Shown one piece after another: positions 48,927-62,545 of a stretch of 64,000 nt of DNA. How positions within the stretch are numbered: the stretch's first letter is position 1; each line of letters begins with the position of its first letter. Position numbers and translations under genes: made by a program. The notes under the pieces were generated by a model. That model was not told the origin of the DNA. It was given only the letters and a program-made list of their open reading frames with translations, and did no database searches. The stretch comes from Macrostomum lignano (lineage: Eukaryota): assembly GCA_002269645.1 (NCBI GenBank), contig NIVC01000583.1, forward strand, positions 310,001 to 374,000, read 5' to 3'.

Positions 48927-51099
48927 ACTATACTTAATTGAACTTGAACTCTTAAGCCAATTCAATGTGGACTTCAATATGGGATTAATTATTCAATAGA
49001 AGTTTTTCTTCACTAAACTGAACTTGAACATTATGCCTAGGCCTGTTCAATTCAGAATTCAATCACTTCAATGCAGGATTCAATGAATATAGGATACCAC
49101 CCTGCTATCTCAGTGTCACTTCTAATATATAGCATTCTTTTGTTTTATAATCCCTATTGTATTCCTAGGCATTTTCATTAAACGAACCCCGTGTAAAAGA
49201 CATAGTCAAAGAATAGAAACCAGATGAAATGTTATCCATGAGTCAAAGGCACACTAAGGCAGTTTCAATTGATGTCTATTTGAAGTGGAATTAAAATGAG
49301 GCAATCAAACAAAGCCCTGACAATATTCTTGGCAAGAGTAGGGACATCTCTATATTCACTTTTGTTATATGATCATTTAAATGGAGGAATTGGAATTGGA
49401 TAGGAAAAGGAATTGGCAAAGGAATTGGATAATGAAACTTGGGCTTTAAAAATATTACATTTTTCTATTTTTTTGCAAAAGAAAAATCTTAAGGCATGAT
49501 CTTAAAAATTTATAGTCAAGTGACACATGATACTTTATTTTGATCACAAATCCCATAATGGTGATTTTTTAATTCATTCCTTGTAATAGGCCCTAATTGA
49601 TAGCAATAGGCCTATGACATTAGCCTGTAGAAAATTAGCCTGCAGGAAGATTGCCCATAGGCCATTTGCCTATGGATGTTTGCCCAGACATTTGCCCATA
49701 GGAAAGTGTCACCACAGACCAATTAGCCCGCAGACAATGCCCTTTTATTGAGTAATAGAAACAAGTTATTGTGATAATAACAAAATAGGACATTTTTTAA
49801 GACATTAAGACATTTTTTACAAAGCAGTATTTCAAGAACAATTCTGATATTTAACACTTCTTTAGTGTTCAACTTGAAATTCTAGACGCTGATGCCTTAG
49901 GCTAATCATCAGACCAGATTTACCAGCTGCCTGCACCTATTTGATATTTGCAACATTGGCCAGTTGGCCTCTATCTGATGAAACTTCTGTTATAGTGTTT
50001 GTCTAATACCATACATTGGAATCTGCACAGAATTCATTGTAGTTATATCTGAAGGTAATCTTACTGGTAATAGCTAGGTTGAGGCATTCATCTCATTTGC
50101 TTTCAATTATATTATTTGTACTGCGATAAATGACAGGACAGGACAGGTGCTTCCTGATAAAAAGGTTTTGATAATGGGATATATTTGAGCCGCAAAATGT
50201 GCAAATTTATTTCTGCAAGAGCTATGGATTCAATTTCACAGACAAATGCGTAGAGCTTTGTAAGCAGATTTCTTAAGCCACCATTTGAAAACATCAAGCC
50301 TGCGAGCTGCTGTCATCATAGAAAAGGTAAGTTCAAAGTTCCGTGTAATTAATTTAAAAAGTTGTATAAAATATTTTGTTAAAACAAATCGGGAGCTTGT
50401 TTGTAAAGCAAATCTATTTATTGTTTATACCTTAAACTGCAGATGTATAATATATTTTTCTCAGTAAAATTTGCCCAGATTTGCGATACAATACTTCGCA
50501 GAAGTTCTGCGATAAATATTTTGACTTTGTTTATTGTTTAATTTTATCAATATACTGCAACTGGTTTCGTCGCATTTTCGTGGCAACGCCTAACATGTAA
50601 ACATTTACCCTTGGGGTGTTTTTTCTATCCACTAGAAATAGGCGGGTAAGAACCATGGAGCTACCATATGCTCTGTACCTATACATTGTTCTATGCCTAG
50701 CAGCCTGTATTCTATTTGTTGTATTTGCAAGTGTGGTATAATAAAAAATAATGTAGTGAAATGAAGAGACTTAATGATAGATATTGCTCAGGATGGATGG
50801 TTATATGTAGGATAATTTAATCATTGGCAATTCTTGAACCAAGTAGCATGTAGCAGATACTATGTCTATGATGCTATGTATTCATATGTTTAGGAAGATA
50901 AATTTGTCATTTTGCAGTTTAGTAGGCATATAATTATGGTTGCAGGACATTTTGTCAAAAGCCTTTTTATTAGTCATTTGTCATTTTCTCAAATGGTAGA
51001 GAGTAGATGGGTGCATGATTTCAAAGTTTAATTGAAGTAAATGATCTATATTCTAGATTAAATTATTTTCTTATTGTTTAAGTGATATTTAGTGCTTAA

Positions 51100-52465
51100 G
51101 ATAGGGTGTCTAGTGAGCCTATTTTTAGCATGTACAAAAACAAAAAAATGTGAAAAAAGTGGTCTTCTTTAGATGGCTATAACTTTTTAAATATTTTAGA
51201 TATGGCAACATTCTTATATTCATTAAAAAACTAGACAAACAGATCTTTCAAACAACATATACATGTTTAGTTTACATGTTTATATGTTTAGTACATACGA
51301 TTACAAAGATATAGATTATCAAACATCACATACATTTTTATACATTTTCAAAACTGTGCCAAATTTGCTTGAAAATATGGGGTTGGGACTTGGGAGAATT
51401 CATTTTTTAGTAAATAAGTGCATAATTGCTAAGAATGCTTGCACATTGGATATAGGTAACTTCCTGCAAGTCATTTTATATGAACTTTTTTGTAAAAAAA
51501 ATGTATATATACATGTACATGTACATGTAAAATTTAAAAAATGGCCATAACTTTTGAATGTAAAAAGTGGCCATTTGTATTTGTACATGTAAATACATTA
51601 TAGAGATAGGAAAATATACATTGAGGGGCTGTATGCTCCACAAATTAGTCACACATGCGATTTTTTTCAAAAGAGGATAGCTCTTTCAATAGACACAATT
51701 TTAGCCTATTGAACTCTAATTGCACTCTAACTAGCCTACTGAGTTAGTAGAAAGTAAAGCATCAGCATAGCAATTCTTGGACGACTTTTTTGTCAAGAGT
51801 TAGAGTTGTTTGCAACAACTTTTTACCAACTCTTGTCACATTATCATTTTCAACAGGTTAAGATTGACATGAGCTACATAGATTTATAGACACCATTGAC
51901 ATCTAGAATGGTACTCTGGAAGACCTGTTTTCATGAAAATAATGGTCAATCATTTGCATACTACTTACAGTAGGAAGTAAAGAATCTTACTAATTATTGT
52001 ATACTAGTATTACTTTGATATGAAAGTAATAAAAATAAGATAAATGGAAAGTATACCATGGCAAAGCCAAAGAATGATACTCTTGCAATTTTTTCTTTAT
52101 TTCTTTTGTCCTAATCCCCAGATATCTGGAGATATAGAATAGTATATACATACAAAAATATCATAAATTATTGTGGTAACAAAAATTTATAAAATAACAT
52201 CTCAAACACTAAAATCTATTATGAAATAAAAAAGTTACAGACATTTTACTGCAAAAACATGCTTTTTGCTCAAAAATGGTACAGTTTTTAGTGTATTTGA
52301 GATAGAGAAAAAACACCATATTTGAAACAAAAAACTTCATAAGTTTTTAATTACTTGATCAATTTTCAAAAGTTTGGTGTCATTTCACTCATAACATCAA
52401 GGGCTACAACATGGCATGGTTAAAATTTTTAATTTCAAAAATATTTTTTTCACTGGACCCCCTAC
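51100..52465. mobile_element. Possible decayed TTAA-flanked TIR element
   Basis: TTAAGATAGGGTGTCTAGTG versus CACTGGACCCCCTACTTAA. Only about 19 bp of imperfect inverted match. Confidence 0.3.
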
Positions 52466-53146
52466 TTAAAAAGACCAAAAAAGCTTACTAAGTAAGCATC
52501 AAAGTATAGTAACTAAAGAACAGAGCAACTTTTTTTTCTAAGCAATAGAGTAACAATTGTCACAGCTATGTGCACCTTATTAAAAAGCTTGAATTTTTTA
52601 CTTCAAATGTAGCTAGAAATTCTAGGTCATTGTGGTGATATCCTTTTTACTTTCAAGCATACAAGTATGAAACTATTCTTCCAAAGGTACTTCATAATAT
52701 ATTTTGGTTATAAGTAAGCAAAATCTCAATATAAATTTGTATAATTTCTTATAAACAACTATTGTACATGGTATTTTCAACTTATAATTGATCTACTATA
52801 AAAATATTTCTTTGGTAGTCTCTAAATTGATTTTTAGAATAGACAGATGTTTCTTTTGATTCATTGTTTTGTATCATTTTTTATTATTCTTTATGTTAAT
52901 TACTTATTAACAAATACTTAACAATAGTAAGATGTCTGATAAACCTTTTAATGTCTTCTTTTGTTCTTAAAAATGCTACTTTTAGCCTTAAATTTCTTTA
53001 ATTTATAACTTTTTTAATCTTGGTTGCATAAGATAAATTGATTGAAATTTATGGTATCTAAAGTTAGTACTAGGTATATAGCTACAATACTTCAATTAAA
53101 CAGATAAGTGCTCAAAACATCAAAGACAATTAAACAACAAATAATA

Positions 53147-53515
53147 GGGGTTGTAGCTTAGTGGTCAGAGCATCAGAATCAGAACTTGAAGGTTGAGGGT
53201 TCAATTTTTAGTTGCACTATAATAGTTTGTATCCTTGAGCAAGACACTTAACTCTGCATTTCTTCAGTTCACCCAGCTATAAAATGGGTGCTAGCATTTG
53301 ATAGGGTAATTGAGGATGTGTGTGGCAATTCCCCGAGTCCTTGGACTGAATAGCCATATGCAGCCTTCAGATAGCTCCAGCTTCAATAGCTGTGACTGAG
53401 CTGTTGGTTGCACATCTGCATATCTGCCTACTCCAGCAGGTATAATAATGACATATTATATTAATATTATTATTATACTATTTTTATTATCATCATTATT
53501 GTTGTAATTATTATT
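53147..53515 (+). mobile_element. tRNA-derived SINE with a CORE-like domain
   Basis: A-box TAGCTTAGTGG, B-box GGTTCAATT, then CCTTGAGCAAGACACTTAACTCTG..CTTCAGTTCACCCAGCTATAAAATGGG (resembles the MIR CORE consensus). (ATT)-rich tail. Confidence 0.75.
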
Positions 53516-54213
53516 AAAGACAATACACTAGATTAAATTAGCCATGCAACCTAGTTTTATTTTTATAGGGTTTATTTTAGCCATAGGGTAGATGAACAGA
53601 AAAATTTAGTTGTTAGTTTAGGCCACAGATACTACAATAACTAGATGGGCCACTCATCACATTTGCGCGCAAGCTACTTTCAGTTCAGTAGTAAGTTAGA
53701 CCGAATTTTATGTCTTTTTTATAGCTTATTTTATATTTTTAAAGCCAAGGCTCATTTAATTGGCTCTTATCCCAGCTTAAACCCTCCAACCGCGCCTTTC
53801 CACACTACCCCCACCCGCCCTGCCCCAATTTTTATTGCCTTTCTCAGAATTCCAGCGTAAAGCTGCCATGTACATTTCAGTGGACTGGCTAATGTACATT
53901 ATTGCTGAACCAATTAGCAAGTTGTTTACGCCTGCAAGCTTTGGGCTTCTAAACTTATCGGAGTCATTTCAGCTGCCTTTATTTTATAAAATAGCTATAG
54001 TATTCTTCTTTGCTACTGAACTGAAAGTAGAAAGCAGTTTTACTAAGTATATGTGCCTGAGTGGCCTATCTAGTTATTTTAGTATCTGTGGTTTAGGCTA
54101 GACCAATATAATTGTCTATTTTTGTCCATTTAGTTTAAGTTCAAAATAGCAGTTACTTATTGGTTAATGAAAACTGAATTCAAGCTGCGCTGCCAAGCTC
54201 AAGCGCGTGAGGA

Positions 54214-56810
54214 ATGTCAGCTGGCAATGCATCCTCTGATGAAGTGCAACAGCGTCGGCCTCTGAGCACTTTTCAACAGTCGCGACCGGCACAACAGCCG
54301 AAGCAACAGCAGAAGATCTTTCGTTCTGTCATTGATCCGACATTCGGCCACCTCGACATAGCAACAACGAGTACAGCCAGTACAACAGTCACCGCCACGC
54401 CAGTTGCCGTTCCCAGTGTAGCGGCGGTGGCAACTGAGGCGGCGCCAACTACAGCGGCAGATGAGGCGGCAGACGTAGCAGCAGCCAGCCTGTCAGCTGC
54501 AGCCGAGCTGTCGCCGCCAGATTCTCAGCTTGATAGTCGATCGTTTGACAGCCTAACTGGCCAACTGGATGGCGAGGGCGACGGCGACGGGGAGGGCGAG
54601 CGCGAAGTTGGCGCGGCAGTGGATGTCGCAGAGGTCGACGATGGAGCGCCTACGGTGAACAATTTTCTTTGTGATTTCATCACGTGGTCACACATTAAAT
54701 TTGGGATATTGCAGGGGCTTTAGACGGCGGGGCTTGTCTGCGACTTTCATCCGCCATACACATGTGCATGTACATGATTTTTGTATTTACTTTCTCTACC
54801 ACCTGTCGATTAAGACTATCGAGGAGGTGCATCAAGGCGGAGTCGGCGGCGGCGCCAGCTCAGACGAGGGCCTGATTAGCGGCGAGGATGACGAAGAGCC
54901 GCTAGACGGCTTCGGCGTTGACGACGGCGGCAGCGGAGTCGTTAGTCGCGGCACCTTCCGTAAAAAATTCGAGGCCAGTCTGCGGCGGAAGGCGGCTGCC
55001 GATTCGGCTGAGCAGGACCGGCGCAGGTGCGCCAGCATGGCGGCTGCCATGGCCGCCACGTCATCGGTAGACGAAGACAACGAGGGCGGCGGCAGCGGCA
55101 GCGGCGTCGCTCTCCGCTCCGAAGAGGTGCGGCGACGAATTGAAAGCACGGTGATCCAGACTGCCAGAGCTTCGGCTGCGCTGCCTGGAACAGGGGAGCC
55201 GGCTCCAGCGGCTGGCGAAGTGAGTATTCACTCTTGAGGCCACAGAGTTGGCAGTTCTTCTATTAGATCTCCCCTCAGATCCCCAATCTCCCCTCAGATC
55301 CCCAATCTCACCTCATCCCCATCTCCCCTCAGATCCCCAATCTCACCTCAGATCTCCAATCTTACCTCAGATCCCCAATCTCACCTCGGATCAACAATCT
55401 CACCTCATCCCCATCTCCCCTCAGATCCCCAATCTCACCTCAGATCCCCAATCTGACCTCAGATCCCCAATCTCACCTCGGATCCCCAATCTCACTTCAG
55501 ATCCCCAATCTCACTTCAGATCCCCAATCTCACTTCAGATCCCCAATCTCACTTCAGATCCCCAATCTCACTTCAGATCCCCAATCTCACCTCGGATCCC
55601 CAATCTCACTTCAGATCCCCAATCTCACTTCAGATCCCCAATCTCACTTAAGATCCCCAATCTCACTTCAGATCCCCAATCTCACTTCAGATCCCCAATC
55701 TAACCTCGTATCCCCAATCTCACCTCAGATCCCCAATCTAACCTCAGATCCCTAATCTCACCTCATCCCCAATCTCCCCTCAGATCCTCAATCTCACCTC
55801 GGATCCCTAATCTCACTTCAGATCCCCAATCTCACCTTGGATCCCCAATCTAACCTCGGATCCCCAATCTCACCTCGGATCCCCAATCTCACCTCGGATC
55901 CCCAATCTCACCTCTGATCCCTAATCTCACCTCAGATCCCCAATCTCACCTCGGATCCCCAATCTACCCTCAGATCCCCAATCTCCCCTCAGATCCCCAA
56001 TCTAACCTCACGTTCTCCAATTTGATCCAAATCTTGAATCTCGCCACAGATGCTCAACCTCACCCATAAATTCAGGTTGAACCACAATCTAGATCCAATT
56101 AACTCTGTGTAGATGCAGCTCCGTCTTGTGCACAACATTACAGGTCAGCAAAAGGGCCAGTATTGCAAAAACTGACACAAGCACAAATTCCAAGCCAACA
56201 ATTCGAAGCATGGTGAGTTATAATTCATATAGCGATATTGCTAGCTGTATAATAAACTGCGCATTTCCAACTATAATCCAACAGTTTTAATGGACATAAT
56301 GAATAGTTAGCACTAGGTCTTTGAGTCATTTTAATAGCGGGAGTAGTCGTAATAGTAATAATATCATTAGTTGTAGCAGTAGTAGTATTCGAAGTAGCAG
56401 CAATAGTAGTAGTAGCAGTAATAGAAGCTAACAGTAGTAGTAGTAGCAGTAATAGAAGCTAACAGCATTAGTAGTAGCAGTAATAGAAGCTAACAGCAGT
56501 AGTAGTAGCAGTAATAGAAGCTAACAGCAGTAGTAGTAGCAGTAATAGAAGTAATAGTAGTAGTAGTAGCAATCGTAGCAGTAGTAGTAGTAATAGTAGT
56601 AGTGGCAGTAGTAGTAGTAGTAGTAGCAGTAGTAGCAGTAGCAGTAGTAGTAGTGACAGTATTAGCAGTAGTAGTAGTAGTAGTGGCAGTAGTAGTAGCA
56701 ATAGTAGCAGTAGTAGTAGTAGTAGTAGCAATAGTAGTAGTAGTAATAGCAGTAGTAATAGCAGTAGTAGTAGCAGCGGTAGTAGCAGTAGTAGTGGCAG
56801 TAGTAGTAGC

Positions 56811-56848
<38 letters not shown>

Positions 56849-56858
56849 CAGAAGTAGC

Positions 56859-56893
<35 letters not shown>

Positions 56894-59800
56894 CAGAAGT
56901 AGCAGTAGTAGTTGACAACCCCTAGAAAGCGCCTTAAATCCGAATTCGACCGACCGCAGTTCTCCACCGGCAGCACCGGCTCCCCCGCTCCGGCGGCGAC
57001 GGGCCCGGCCTCAGCCGCGACGCTGCCGTCTGGTCAGCCCATATCAGCCGGCTGGCGAGTGGAAGGCGGCGGCCCAAGTGGCAATCCGCGAGTTTTTCTA
57101 TTCGGCGAGCCGTCTTTGAGCCTCGGCTTTCTGGCAAACGACGCGCCCGGCTCCGAGCAGCAGCAGCAGCCGCAGTCACAGCAGCCACCCAAATCTGCTC
57201 GACTGGAGATCTCCCTGCCTATCGGGCACATCCAAGAGACTCGAAAGGAGGGCATCGTTCGGCTGACTAAATTATCCGGACAGAGTGGGGGAGGCAAACA
57301 GCAGGTGATTTGAATCGGACATTTTTAATAATGTTCGTAGTTTAGTTCTAGTTGCTCAGGTTGTGCGTGTAGTGTCGAAGACAATGTGCATAGGGTGCGG
57401 AGTGGGGTTGTCGTAGAGGCCCAATGACGTACCCTATGTACATTGGTTGCATAGACCCAATGTACATACAGTGCGGAGTGGGGTTGTCGTAGACAATGTG
57501 CATAGGGTGCATAGTGGGGTTGTCGTAGAGGCCCAATGACGTACCCTATGTACATTGGTTGCATAGACCCAATGTACATACAGTGCGGAGTGGGGTTGTC
57601 GTAGACAATGTACATTGGGTGCGGAGTGGGGTTGTCGTAAACAATGTACATTGGGTGCGGAGTGGAGTTGTCGTAAACAATGTACTCGTACATTGGGTGC
57701 GGAGTGGGGTTGTCGTAGACAATGTACATTGGGTGCGGAGTGGGGTTTTAGACAATGTGCGTAGGGTACGGAGAGGGTTTATGGAATATACAATGTAAAG
57801 CAGGCAATTTCACAACAATTTCCAGTCCTCGGGCAAGAAGTCTGCTCAGCAGTCGACTCAGCAGCCGCAGCTGTACCGCCTGTTGCTAACAGGACCAGAC
57901 CTAGTATTCTATAAGGCAGACAAGAAAGCATCGGACAAGAAGCCGGAATTCGCTCTAAATGTTGCCGCCACTGAGATTTTGCCTTGCGCACCGACTTCCC
58001 CCTCGCCGTCCGCTGCCTCTGCCGACGCCGCCGACTCTGAAACCGACTTGCGACTCCGGTATCCGGGAAGTAGCGCCAGCCAATCAGAATCGGCGGCTAT
58101 TGATGATTCATTGAGTCGCTATGCTCATTTGTATCCGGGCGGCGCCAGTAGCGAATACCTGCTGCACTGGGAGGACCCAAAACAGCGCAAGGAATGGAGC
58201 GTTGCGCTTAAGTAAGATACTTATATTTATTTCGTGAAAATGCATGTAAACTACTTAGCTAGGTCAGTAATTGAATAGAAAATTGCGGCCCTTATCATGT
58301 TTTAAGTTTATTTCGCTACATATCGGCTGTTTAACAAAACAATTTGTTTATCGATAAAAGACAAGGTAATGATAAAAGTAACCGTTAGGTTTAAAGTTAC
58401 ATGTTAAAAATTTACATGGCTGCGCGTGGAATCGCATCTAGATACTTTGATACGAGCGAGAGTCACGCGTGAACCACTGAGTTACTCTGTCCCCTACGGC
58501 CGATATGTATCGTAGTTAACTTTAACGTAGAGTAACCTAAATAATTCATTCTTCTACTTATAGTAGCGCACTGAAAACATTGTTAATAATTTGGCAGATA
58601 CGCCAAAGATCTGCTGATGCAGCGAATGTACGCCAGAACGGCCGGGCGGCCAATCGACTGGGGCTCCCGTCGGGTGAGCATCGCCCAACGATTGAACGAC
58701 TTTTTTCGTAAGCGACCGGCGCTTAACGAACTCGTTGACCGCGGCATCGTGCGCAACGAGCCGGTGTTCGGGTCTACCCTGCGCCTCATCTGCCAGCACG
58801 AGCGATCCGAGGTGCCCAACTTTCTGCGCCGCTGCCTGCAGGCAATTGAATCGCACGGCTTGGACACTGAGGGCATCTATAGGCTGGCTGGCAATGCGGC
58901 CACCGTGCAGAAACTGCGGCTCATGGTTGACCAACAGGAAGACTACGACCTCTCTGTCGGCTGGGATATTAACGTGCTTACGTCAGCTTTGAAAACTTTT
59001 CTGCGCGAATTGAAAGAGCCAGTTATACCTAGCGATACGTTTCAGGTTGGCCTCTCTATTTCTTGTCCGCCTTCGCTTGGGTGGGATTTGTTGCTTAGGG
59101 GTTTAAAATGGTAATTACTTGTACAAATGAGTTTTTGAAATCGAAATTTCATGGTTGGGGCATGGTATTCTGGTAGCATGTCGGACAGTGGGGATTTGAT
59201 GTCGGACAGTGGGGATTTGATGTCGGACAGTGGGGATTTGATGTCGGACAGTGGGGATTTGATGTCGGACAGTGGGGATTTGATTTCGGACAGTGCGGAT
59301 TTGATGTCGGACAGTGGGGATTTGATGTCGGACAGTGGGGATTTGATTTCGGACAGTGGGGATTTGATGTCGGACAGTGGGGATTTGATTTCGGACAGTG
59401 CGGATTTGATGTCGGACAGTGGGGATTTGATGTCGGACAGTGGGGATTTGATTTCGGACAGTGCGGATTTGATGTCGGACAGTGGGGATTTGATTTCGGA
59501 CAGTGGGGATTTGATGTCGGACAGTGGGGATTTGATTTCGGACAGTGGGGATTTGATGTCGGACAGTGGGGATTTGATGTCGGACAGTGGGGATTTGATG
59601 TCGGACAGTGGGGATTTGATGTCGGACAGTGGGGATTTGATGTCGGATGCTGGGATCTGATACCGGAAGCTGGGTATTTGATGTCAGACGTTGTCGATCT
59701 GTTGTCGGACAGTGTGAGTTTGATGACGGAGGCTGGACGTCGGATTTCGGACGCTAAGTTTTTTGTCCAGGTCTAGAAATTCCATGTCGATGTTTTAAAG

Positions 59801-60214
59801 CTTGGAAATAAACCTTTAAATTGTCTTTTCAATTCTAACAATAACATTTGGCATTAGCTTTTGCAATTTCCAATACCCCCCCCCCTGACTCCCAACCCTC
59901 CGCAGATCATCAGCAATCATTTCAAATCGTCGGAGAAGCCCAGCGTGAAGCGCGAAGCAATTCGCCAGGCCCTGCGCAGCCTGCCGTCAACTAATTACGC
60001 CAGCCTGCGCCTGCTGTGTGAACACCTGGCCAAGGTGGTGTCCCAGAGCGACCAGAGCCAGATGAACTCGCGAAACCTGGCGCTCATGTTCGGCCCGAAC
60101 CTGGTGCTGCCCGACGCTGCCGGGGCCGGCCTGTGCCCTACTAGCAACCTCATGTACCAGAACCAGGTTGTTGAGTACATCATGCTGGAGTCTAGCAAGC
60201 TGTTTGCTGACTGA
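54214..60214 (+). CDS. PH + RhoGAP protein of the ARHGAP9/12/15/27 family
   Basis: Exons 54214-54654, 54815-55219, possibly 56144-56212, about 56912/56930-57304, 57826-58211, 58598-59045 and 59906-60214. PH motifs RKEGIVRLTK and LTGPDLVFYK. FFRKRPALNELVDRGIVRNEPVFG precedes the GAP domain, which has arginine finger GIYRLAGN and MNSRNLALMFGPNL. The 5' exon joins are less certain. Confidence 0.9.
55265..56010. repeat. 19-bp minisatellite in a RhoGAP intron, about 38 copies
   Basis: Variants of CCTCAGATCCCCAATCTCA. Confidence 0.95.
56340..56911. repeat. (GTA/GCA)n microsatellite
   Basis: Direct reading of the sequence. Confidence 0.95.
57370..57770. repeat. About 36-bp intronic minisatellite with a larger duplication
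   Basis: Variants of GTACATTGGGTGCGGAGTGGGGTTGTCGTAGACAAT. Confidence 0.9.
59170..59660. repeat. 21-bp intronic minisatellite, about 23 copies
   Basis: Unit GATTTGATGTCGGACAGTGGG. Confidence 0.95.
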
Positions 60215-62139
60215 GTCACACTGAGCTCTGTTATAGAATACATAGAAACATTAGCATACAGTGGTCCCTATTGAGGTACTATACTAACCGCGGTCAATAC
60301 TGCTTAACTTACAGTGTTAATAAATCAAATATTAACTAGGATAGATAGTAACAATCTCTGAAGTGGTACAGCTTCATATTTCTATTGTTCTATGATTTGG
60401 CTTTTGGTAACTCTAAAAAGAGAGCTCAGATTCTGTCTGGCCTGGTCTATGCTACAAATATATTAATTATCTTTAATAATGAACTAACTAATTTATTAAT
60501 TGGCAAATCAGTTAGCTTTGTCTGTTTGGCATCGATCAAATGCAACAATTCTATATACTACTGCTGTAAGTAGCCAGCCGGTTTTGAAATTTTTTGTCTC
60601 AAAATTGCTTCAAGCTTGCTTATGTCTGCCGCTCGAATCCATATCTATAATTAACATCTGTATTTATCCCAGTGTCCAGTTTAAGCAAAGTTCGCGTTGT
60701 TTGAAATTATTTGACTAAACGCAGAAAAATTTTGTTAAAAAAAGAGATTTTTTCTATGCTATCATTATTCGCAGAGATCTTTCTTTCGGAGAGCACAGGT
60801 ACAAGTATTATTATGCCGCTGTACGATATTCGATTGCATATGCCTATTGTGTGACGCGTTTCGCTTCTTTTTTGTTTCATGTCTGTTGTTATCAACTATA
60901 TTCCAGAGACTGTTCATATCGGCAGAAGCTAGAATACATAGATATGTCACTCGTAAAAAGTGCGCTAATCTACTCTTTTTTCAGTTCTAAAATTAGCGTT
61001 TTTGCCTTTATTTAAAGTATTTGAAGCTGTAACAATCGCCTCTGAATTAAATCAGCATCTTCATCCTGTAAACAAAAAATTGCAGGAAAACTTGAACTAA
61101 AATCCAGTGCGTGTGCATAGCGAGCAAGGGAGAAAAGGAGTGGGACCCCAAACGGGAGCCAGATCGATGAACAGTTTGGCTTTCCTCTTACCCGCTTGTG
61201 TCTAACTTTGACCCTCTCTCCTTACTGCTCTCTCATTGGCTAAGCTAGATTGGGCCTGTCCCCCCAGGCTGAGCTTCTTCCGTCTTGCGTTCACTTGTGT
61301 ACATCGAGTTAAATTCTTGTTGTTCATTTTTAACCCTATATGCTCTTGAGGCCGCCAACCCCCGAGGATGGAAAGGATGTTCTACATGTACTAGGCTATA
61401 AATTTAAATGACACTGAACAGACAAACTACTGAATAAAGAGTAGACGCTCTACTTTTTCACAAATTTTAATTGCGAGTGACATATCTAGTTGTGCTAGTA
61501 TCTGTGATTTATATCTAAACTCTCTTTATTATTGTACCTGGTTCTGTAGCAAATTGGTTTATTGAATTGAAACAAAAATTAAGCTCGTTTGAAATTGTGT
61601 CAATCAGTTTGTCGTGTCTTTGCGCGTATCTGTTGTTTTTTTGGAATTTCGCCCTCTTAATTCTCGGTGCTGCAGCAATTTTTAGTAACTGAACAAAGTA
61701 TGGATTCATATCGCCCGAAGTGTTTTTATTGTATTCTATACTACTAATGCAATTATACGGAGCGTTTTGATTGCTTCCAGAAAATTGGCGTGGGACCCGC
61801 TGTATTTAAAAAAATTATATATCACTTTATATAGATGGATTTTGGAGCGAGGATTATTGCATGATTATTACTGTGTTTTTATTCTGTTTGCACAATACAA
61901 CATAAACCGATAATGGGTTGCCCAATATACTAGTGTTACATTGAAAAATCCTTTCTTGAGATTGAACTTTTTCAAACTACGAGCTCGTAAATTCGTTTTC
62001 TTCCAGATTAGTATCTGAACTAAATTTTAAAATGGAATTATACTAATTAACTTCGTCTTTTCAAACAATTTTTTACGACACTATAAAATGCCTCTAACAT
62101 TTTTTACCTTAATCTAGACATTACTGGCCAACCCCAACC

Positions 62140-62545
62140 TTGACGATGTTTGCACTCGCCTCTGACCAACCCCCACTACCTCAATGTACACACTCGGCTC
62201 TGACCAATACCCCCACCCCAATGTACACACTCGCCTCTGACTAACCCCCACCCCAATGTACACACTCGCCTCTAACCAATCCCCACCACCCCAATGTACA
62301 CACTGGCCTCTGACCAATCCCCACCACCCCAATGTACACACTGGCCTCTGACCAATCCCCACCACCCCAATGTACACACTGGCCTCTGACCAATCCCCAC
62401 CACCCCAATGTACGCACTGGCCTCTGACCAATCCCCACCACCCCAATGTACACACTGGCCTCTGACCAATCCCCACCACCCCAATGTACACACTGGCCTC
62501 TGACCAATACCCTACATCCCAATGTACACACTGGCCTCTGACCAG
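62140..62545. repeat. 38-bp minisatellite, about 10 copies
   Basis: Unit AATGTACACACTGGCCTCTGACCAATCCCCACCACCCC. Confidence 0.93.

Noticed and set aside
50112-50350. Candidate first exon of TAF5
   Set aside because: No frame resembles the TAF5 N-terminal LisH-like segment and no suitable minus-strand donor was found.
56530-56915. Poly-Ser reading of the GTA tract as RhoGAP coding sequence
   Set aside because: That frame ends in TGA at about 56913 and does not join the downstream exon frame.
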